A program made the translations under genes and the position numbers. Shown piece by piece: positions 56,850 to 64,000 of a DNA stretch of 64,000 bases (positions within the stretch are counted from its first letter, which is position 1; every line of letters begins with the position of its first letter). Where the stretch lies: positions 4,526,001 through 4,590,000 of the forward strand of contig OZ281501.1 in NCBI GenBank assembly GCA_965637545.1, given 5' to 3'. The notes beneath the pieces are model-generated. The model was given only the letters and a program-made list of their open reading frames with translations, was not told the DNA's origin and did no database searches. Source of the stretch: Phallusia mammillata (taxonomy: Eukaryota).

Positions 56850-58219
56850 CTACCCCAAAGAATACTAACAATCTTTCATTTTGTTCAAATCATTTGAATA
56901 ATTATGAAGTTTGACAAATGTACATTAAAGTTTTGCTAAATAATGATATATGCAATCAAAATATCTAATACAACATGCATATTTGACTTGGTTTAAACAA
57001 AATTTCCATATTAGTATCTATTTTGGTAAACTATGTAAAAAAAACTATGTATGCAATCTTTCATCCTATTTCTGCAGGTTTATCATCCATACATTCAGTG
57101 AGTTTAATTGTTCTTTTTTACTTTAAATTACTGTATAAATCTTAATTGAATTCAGCTCAATGATTCTAAAAATGATGCCCACATTATTGTGTTTTTGTGT
57201 CTTTTTACTCTCAAATTGGGGTGAGAGGTTGTTATTTACTGTGTTTGTAAATTTGCAGTCAAATGTTTGTAATAAATTACACGACTATTATACATTCTAA
57301 ATGTAGCAGTAAAGCGCCAGAACCCTGCCTGCACTTATCTAAACAGGACAATTCTGTTATACTTGTAGGATTTACTATAGAAAATGTAGTAAAAATAGCT
57401 GATTTGATTACACTAAAGCTAACAAACAAGTGAAATTGTGTCACAACCTTTGATCACACTAAACTTTTCCTTCTCATTAAAAACTTGCAATGTTTTTGTT
57501 CATAGTTGATTAGGTTGCAATTTTTATGTGGTGATATAATACTTTATGTGCTTTTGGTGGTTAGCTACTTAGCTTTGTCTGTGAGAACAAAATCTTTAAC
57601 ACAGAAAATGCTCAGACACCCTAAAGTTACATTAAGATTATAACACAGTTTTTATATGACTACCGTCACATACACATACTTTTTTGTGCCATAATTATTA
57701 AAACATGCGTAACACAAAGGCAATCCCACCTTTGTCAAGTTCAGTAAACAATGCAAATGCCAATGTGTGGTTTTAATGTTTGTGGTTAGTTAATCATAAA
57801 CCATGTGACAGAAATGAAAGTCAGTTCAAGCCCATCAGCAAAAAGTCATGAGTTGCAAGGTTTGTAAATTACTATGCACCAGGTTACTTTCATATATTTT
57901 GCAATAGATTGTATGTTTGTATACAACAGGCTTTTTGTATGGTTAAAATTATTTCCTTTAACTGATGCATTAGGTAATGCAAAAATATTTTTTTAGGTTT
58001 CAGGATATGTTTCTGCTCTTTTAAAATGAGGTTACTATGTGTAAAAATAAGAAACAGTATCAAACTCAAATATTGTCATTAGTGATTATATTTTGGACCA
58101 ATACCTTTTCTGTGATCCAGCACAAACACCCGTATGTTTGAAAAGCATGGAATGTTCAGAATATAACACTGAATCTCATCAGCAGGTAAATTTTCTGTAC
58201 TACAGGGTAAAACAGAAAC

Positions 58220-59572
58220 ATGCCATATTTGAAAGAGAAAGTGTGCCTTGTTACTGGAGCTTCACGTGGGATAGGAAGGGGAATTGCTCTTCAGTTGGCA
58301 GTCAATGGGGCTACATGCTACATCACTGGTAGAAACTCGGAAAAGCTGGAACTTGTGGTAGATGAGGTACTGTATTGATAGCATATGAAACACTAGCAAT
58401 TTTGGACCAAATAGTAAATATACTTCGGTCTTGTACTGCTGAGTATTACTATTTTACTGCAACTCATGTCCCTTATCTTTGCATTCGAATTGAATGCCAC
58501 ACTGTATCTAATACAGAAGATTATTCGGCCTACATTGAATTTGTTCTACCAAACTTTTTCTCAGCTATATTAACAAACTGTGCATCAAACTCTTTCTTGT
58601 TGTAAACTCCTGCCATATAACATCTTGTATTGAAGGTGTAACTAATAAATCCACCAAGCCTACCCTGTATTTTTTGTTGTTTGTTATGTTTGAACATTGT
58701 GTAGCTATCCAGATTGGTAACTGTTTTAATGCTAGCGGATTGCTATGTTTTCCATCAATAAGTGAAATAATCTTAACTCAACTCATATGCAATAAACATG
58801 TAAAATAGTTTTTTTTTTCAGGCAAAACTATTGTTTTGTTTATCTAAGAGTTTAGGTAATGGCAATTTACACCCACAAAAAATTAGAAACTATTTAAAAA
58901 CTGTTAACAAAAGTCTGTTCAAAATTGAGCTATTACTATATTTACAGGTAACTTTATATGTCAAGTGACACCACATTTGTTAAACCACTTGTAGGCAAAA
59001 AAGAGGGAAGCTTGTGGAAAAATTATTCCAGTGCAATGTGATCACAGTAATGATACTGAAGTTGAAAAGGTTTTTGACTTAATCGACAAGGAGTATGATG
59101 GGAAACTTGATCTGCTGGTCAACAATGCATATTCAGCTGTTAGTGTAAGTTGCTTCCTCATGTTTATGATGTTATTGAAAATAGGCCTAAGACAGGTTTT
59201 TAACCTAGATTCTCAGACTTAAAGGTTTGCAATGTGTTTCCTAAGACAAAAAGTCTGGGCAAGTTTTTAATAGAACTTTGAGTAAACTGCATGTTGGGGT
59301 CCACAAAAGTAATAATTTATTAAAAGGGTCCATTGCACCCAAAAGCTTAGAAATTGTTAATATAAAAAATAAAAAGTACTTGATACTCCTGGGAACACTA
59401 GATGACTTTTTTACATTGTTTTGTAATATAGTTGGTTCATACTGTGATGGTAATGAATGATGTAGTGCCTAATTACATATTTTATTGCGTAGTGGTTGTT
59501 GGAAAATGCAAAGCAGTGTTTTTGGGATCATCAAATAGATGCTTGGGATGAAGTTAATCAAGTTGGATTGAG
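58220..59572 (+). CDS. DHRS1: DHRS1-like short-chain dehydrogenase, exons 1-3, running into the assembly gap
   Basis: Exons 58220-58366 (MPYLKEKVCLVTGASRGIGRGIALQL..ITGR), 58995-59144 (IPVQCDHSND..GKLDLLVNNAYS), 59493-59572 (FWDHQIDAWDEVNQVGLR). Confidence 0.88.
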
Positions 59573-59912
59573 GTACACCACAGAGTTTTTTTCACATATT
59601 TTTTATTGTTTGATCACAAAATGTTTGAGGGACAGAAATAAGGTAGGCATTGAGGGTTTGTCAAAAGCATATTTACCTTCAATCCTTGCTGTTGCCAGGC
59701 TTAACAGCTATCATGGAATAATGAAATTTTGCCTACAATGTAGTTGAATCAACACACTTCCCTTTTTGTTTTAAAAAAAGTTTCTAGTCATTTGTAGGAT
59801 GCAAACTGTTGGATCTGGAGTACATTTTTGATTCACATTAGTCCACATAATGCTTTTCATCATTTTAATATGGCAGTAAGAAAGGATTAATTATGCAGGG
59901 TTGGTGCAGTGA

Positions 59913-60112
59913 NNNNNNNNNNNNNNNNNNNNNNNNNNNNNNNNNNNNNNNNNNNNNNNNNNNNNNNNNNNNNNNNNNNNNNNNNNNNNNNNNNNNNNNN
60001 NNNNNNNNNNNNNNNNNNNNNNNNNNNNNNNNNNNNNNNNNNNNNNNNNNNNNNNNNNNNNNNNNNNNNNNNNNNNNNNNNNNNNNNNNNNNNNNNNNNN
60101 NNNNNNNNNNNN
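59913..60112. other. Assembly gap (200 N)
   Basis: Run of exactly 200 N, a round placeholder size. Confidence 0.99.
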
Positions 60113-63100
60113 AGTTGATAACAAAGCGGGAAGTCAAAATACCACATGGTTCTAAAGGGTGTTACTGGACACCGCATCATACTGCATGCGGGAGTATAAG
60201 CCCAAAACGGTATCTGAGACATTGGTATATTGTTATTGTATTACCAACATGAGGTAGCATGTGGTACCATACGGTACCATACGGTAAGAACCGGTCCTAA
60301 ACGCTCAGTCGAACAAAACAATTTTAGCCTGCAGTGGAAACAGCACTTCTTAAATCAAAAACCATCAACAGCAGCTCTTAAATTGGCGATCACTGTGTAC
60401 CATTTCCACCTCTAACACCAATGAGTGTTAGAACCCTTGGTTCAAACAAAATTGATTTAACCAAAGAGATAAGCTTAGATAATTTGCCAGTCTGGCATAA
60501 GAAGTCCCCTGTTCAAATTGGATCATAAACTGTTGAATAAAGAACTGACGATGTCATTTAGGCAAAAAATATACCTGAAACTAACTGATTGTGTTTTGAG
60601 AGGTATGTGGTTGATTTTGTATTTTAAATACTATATTTATTATTTTATTTTCGCTGAAAATGCGACTTTATACTCGCTGCCGATGACCGAAATGTGTTTT
60701 TGTAATTTATAAATTAATGTTTTTGTGCAGATGGACAGAACGGTTAGTTGTTGAGTTTTTCGAACAAGGAGACAGGGAAAGAGAACTGAATCTTCCAATT
60801 TCACCACTGTGTGATCGACATACAACGATGGTGGCGCAATCGCAGATCGGTAAGAGGCAATTGGCAAAACTTCTGCCCTTTAATGGTCAACTCAAGGGAT
60901 CCCCGTGTCCATACTTACATTGTCTAAACATAATACATACAGCCATGCGATTACCACTATTGTAAAAAATACCTCTGACAGAAAGCCTGTCTTTTTTGTT
61001 ACTTCTGCTACACTAAAGTGCTGAAAATCGGGACGTTTAAGAAACTCCCTTAATTGCGAAAGGTTTGGTTTTTAGCATGCATGTTTTTAGCATAGTAGAA
61101 CTTTCCTTAATTACGGCACTGGACCAAAAAAACACCCATGCGTAATATCTACGACGTCACAGGTTTCATCGATTACGTCATCGAGCCAACTTTCAACATC
61201 CTCTTCGACATGTATAAGAACGTTAACGGTCAGGTCATCCACGATCACATTCTGGCTTCAAGGTCCGGAAGCGCATCGGGAAGTCGAGGTCAACCGGGTT
61301 CAACCGCTGCACGAAGCTCAGCTGCTGATGACGTTTTAAAACGAAGATTTAGTGACTGTAGTTCGTACAGGTTGGTTGATAGGTTACTCTGACTCGGTTT
61401 CGGTGTAGGCAATAAGCTGTAACTTGCGGTGTTAACCACACCAGAGTTGTAAACGGGCCTGAATTGAAAATAAAAGCCCAAAACCCGACCCAATTCGAAA
61501 GTACAAGCCTAAATCCCGGTCCAATTCGAAAGTGCATGCCCAAAACCCGGTCCAATTCGAAAGTGCAAGCCTAAAACCCGACCCAATTCGAAAGTACAAG
61601 CCCAAAACCCGGTCCAATTCGAAAGTGCAAGCCCAAAACCCGGTCCAATCCGAAATCTCAAGCCTAAAACCCGACCCAGTTCGAAAATTCAACCCCTAAA
61701 CCCGGTCCAATTTGAAATTACAAGCCCAAACGCGACCCAAACTAAAAACCCTGCCCCATTCGAAAGTTTAAACCAAAAACCCGGCCCGAATAGGAAAATC
61801 CTAAGCCAAAACATGGTCCAAACCCGGTTTAGTTTGAAATCAAGACTTCAATGTACCAGGGTGATATTATGACGCTAATGGCGCCGAGTACACAGCCAGA
61901 CCCAAATCAAGCCCGGTTAATTGAAACATAAGCCAGAACCCGTCCAAAAAACGTCCCGACTTAGAAATCTGAAACAGATTTCCTTTTCTTGGAAAAACGT
62001 TTTATTGGAAACAACATTTTACGATATTTTCAAATACTGATGTTACATTCCATGTTTTACAGTAGCGCAATTACCAACAGAGCGGAGATCCTCAGATCGA
62101 CGAATGAAGGTAGAAAAAGATGTTTTGCCTACATGGAGCATAACAGGACGCAGTGGCAACGGAAAAATGAAATAGGTAGGTTGGACCATTGTAAGCAAAC
62201 TCTTAAACTCGAAGTAAAAAAGTCAAGGTAAAGCCATTCTGGTTGGTATCTTAAATCAAGTCTTAATGGTTATAATAGTGACTCCAGTTCGAGTCTTGGT
62301 GGTTCGTTACTCGAGTTAAATCGAGTCGTCGGGATGGATGACTCGAGTTAAGTAGAGTCTTGAAGTTTGGCCACTCAAGTCGAGTCTGGGTGGTTTGTAA
62401 CTTGAGTCAAGTCGAGTATTGGTGGCTTGTGACTCGATTTTAGTGTGGTCCTCGGCGTTGGTGACTCAAAACCTCAAACGCAAGTAAACTTACAACTTAT
62501 TCTGCAAACAAATAAACCCGCGAATTGTGTACACTAAACTAATAATGTATTACCAAATGTATTATCACCGGAAAAAACACTTCCCAAAATTAGTTTTAAA
62601 CGAAAAGCATTTTTATTTTTACCAGCAAAGATAAATCTACAGTTAATACCTCCGTTAATCCGGACCCGTTCGGACCAAAAAAATGTCTGTATTCGGTGAA
62701 GATCCTGATTAACCGATGTCGATTAGTTCAAGTCTTACCACATCACAAATCATTTGTACCTCGAGTTTTATTCGATTTAGGCAAAAATCCGGATTAACCG
62801 AGGTTCACTGTACTTTGGTATAACGCCTTTAATAGGCCTGGCATACTAGGACTTAAACGTGTTATGCTTTATTTGTTTAGAACGAGAACACAATCTTTTT
62901 GGGAACGATTCCTTCACAAAAGCTCCACAATTTACACCGGATCCGCTTCCAACGTTTAACATCACACCATCCAACGGGACAGTCACTACGTCACAACAAC
63001 CGACTGTTACGTCACAGACAACCAAGGACCGGACGATTGATTCTAATGACGTCATGGAGCCGACGTAGCGCTGACGTCAACGCTCTTTCGATTCGAATGT

Positions 63101-64000
63101 GATTTATTTTTTTGTTCAGTGGAATACAAAGAGCGAACTTGTTTTCGAGTTTTTAGTTGGCCCGCTCCCCCCCCCCCCCCAACAATTACCTCGACATTGC
63201 GGATATGACGTCATCACTAATGATGAATCGCACACGACAGTTTTTGGGGTTTTCAAAATATGTCTACAATGGTGTAGGTGTACTTTCACTTTAGTACCAA
63301 GTTTTAGATTTTCATACCTTTGTCTGTAAAGCATTTTAGCATTTGCAAACTAGATACCATGTTCAAACTAGAATACCGGAAGCCCTGTTTTGCTAACTAT
63401 GGGAACCAATCGGTTTAGCTGAAACATGGCAACTTTACTATTATTTTTCTGTAACTGGCATGGCATCCAAAAATCTATAGTTACACAAAAATCACTCGCC
63501 GTTCAAAGACTGACATATATTTTATTTAATGTTGCGTGTATTTTCTTATTTTTGAGAGCTGCATCGAATTATAATGATTTTTCAATGTTTATTTGTTTAA
63601 AGTTCCTTTGTTTCACTTGTATTTCAACCTATCTTCCCGGGAGCGGCGTTGCCCGGTTGTGTAATGTGTATGAGAGCCCTAATCGAACACTAGCCTGTGG
63701 TGCAGACCCCTATATTTATTTTCAACGTTGTGTAATGCACTCTTCGCCCATTTACTTCACTTGTATGTTTTTTTGTTTTTATTTTGACTTGGCGCTGAGG
63801 TGGGTAGCCTAGACTGACAAGGGCTTAAAGTTGAAGAGAAAATGTATACGTTTAGATTGCGGTTATGGTGTTTTCAATTTGTGACTGTTAAGAAAAACTC
63901 AACAACTGAAGTTGTACAAAACCCACACGAAATTTTCAATGATTTACTTATGTGATCTTTTTTGCAAGGTAATTTAGATAACCAAAAATGTAAGCTTTGT
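60113..64000 (+). repeat. Apparently identical duplicate of 38155-42042 (offset 21958), including the last four PDE1 exons
   Basis: All ORF-track entries recur with identical translation at +21958 (e.g. 38272/60230, 41468/63426). Begins immediately after the gap. Duplicated exons: 60731-60849, 61163-61370, 62063-62175, 62881-63068. Confidence 0.95.

Noticed and set aside
58150-58182. Minus-strand CTGATGA plus hairpin upstream of DHRS1
   Set aside because: No GAAA or NUH triplet after the stem.
59865-60252. ORFs spanning the N run
   Set aside because: Artefacts of translating the gap.

Overview
AT-rich eukaryotic (invertebrate animal) genomic DNA with short GT-AG introns and many MITEs. An ascidian/tunicate origin is plausible but is only an inference. 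Most ORF-track entries are spurious because the real genes are spliced. Genes reconstructed by hand: (1) a Ca2+/calmodulin-dependent cyclic nucleotide phosphodiesterase PDE1 (+, ~2.0-41.1 kb, 14 shared exons and up to four alternative first exons); (2) RPL41 (-, 25 aa, missed by the ORF track); (3) DCUN1D5/DCN1-like (+, 7 exons, 246 aa); (4) two partial DHRS1-like genes (+). A 5.74-kb DNA transposon (48609-54349, TAT...ATA ends, ~400-490-bp inverted termini built from 32-bp repeats, IS3EU-like) carries an intact DDE transposase and a convergent, intact 10-exon HECT E3 ubiquitin ligase with a UIM-like motif. The PDE1 introns hold at least seven type I hammerhead-ribozyme motifs of three families. 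One is a 268-bp foldback with a complete hammerhead on each strand facing each other, the layout seen in both-polarity viroid-like RNAs. After a 200-N gap, 60113-64000 repeats 38155-42042 with no difference I could see, probably an assembly artefact.
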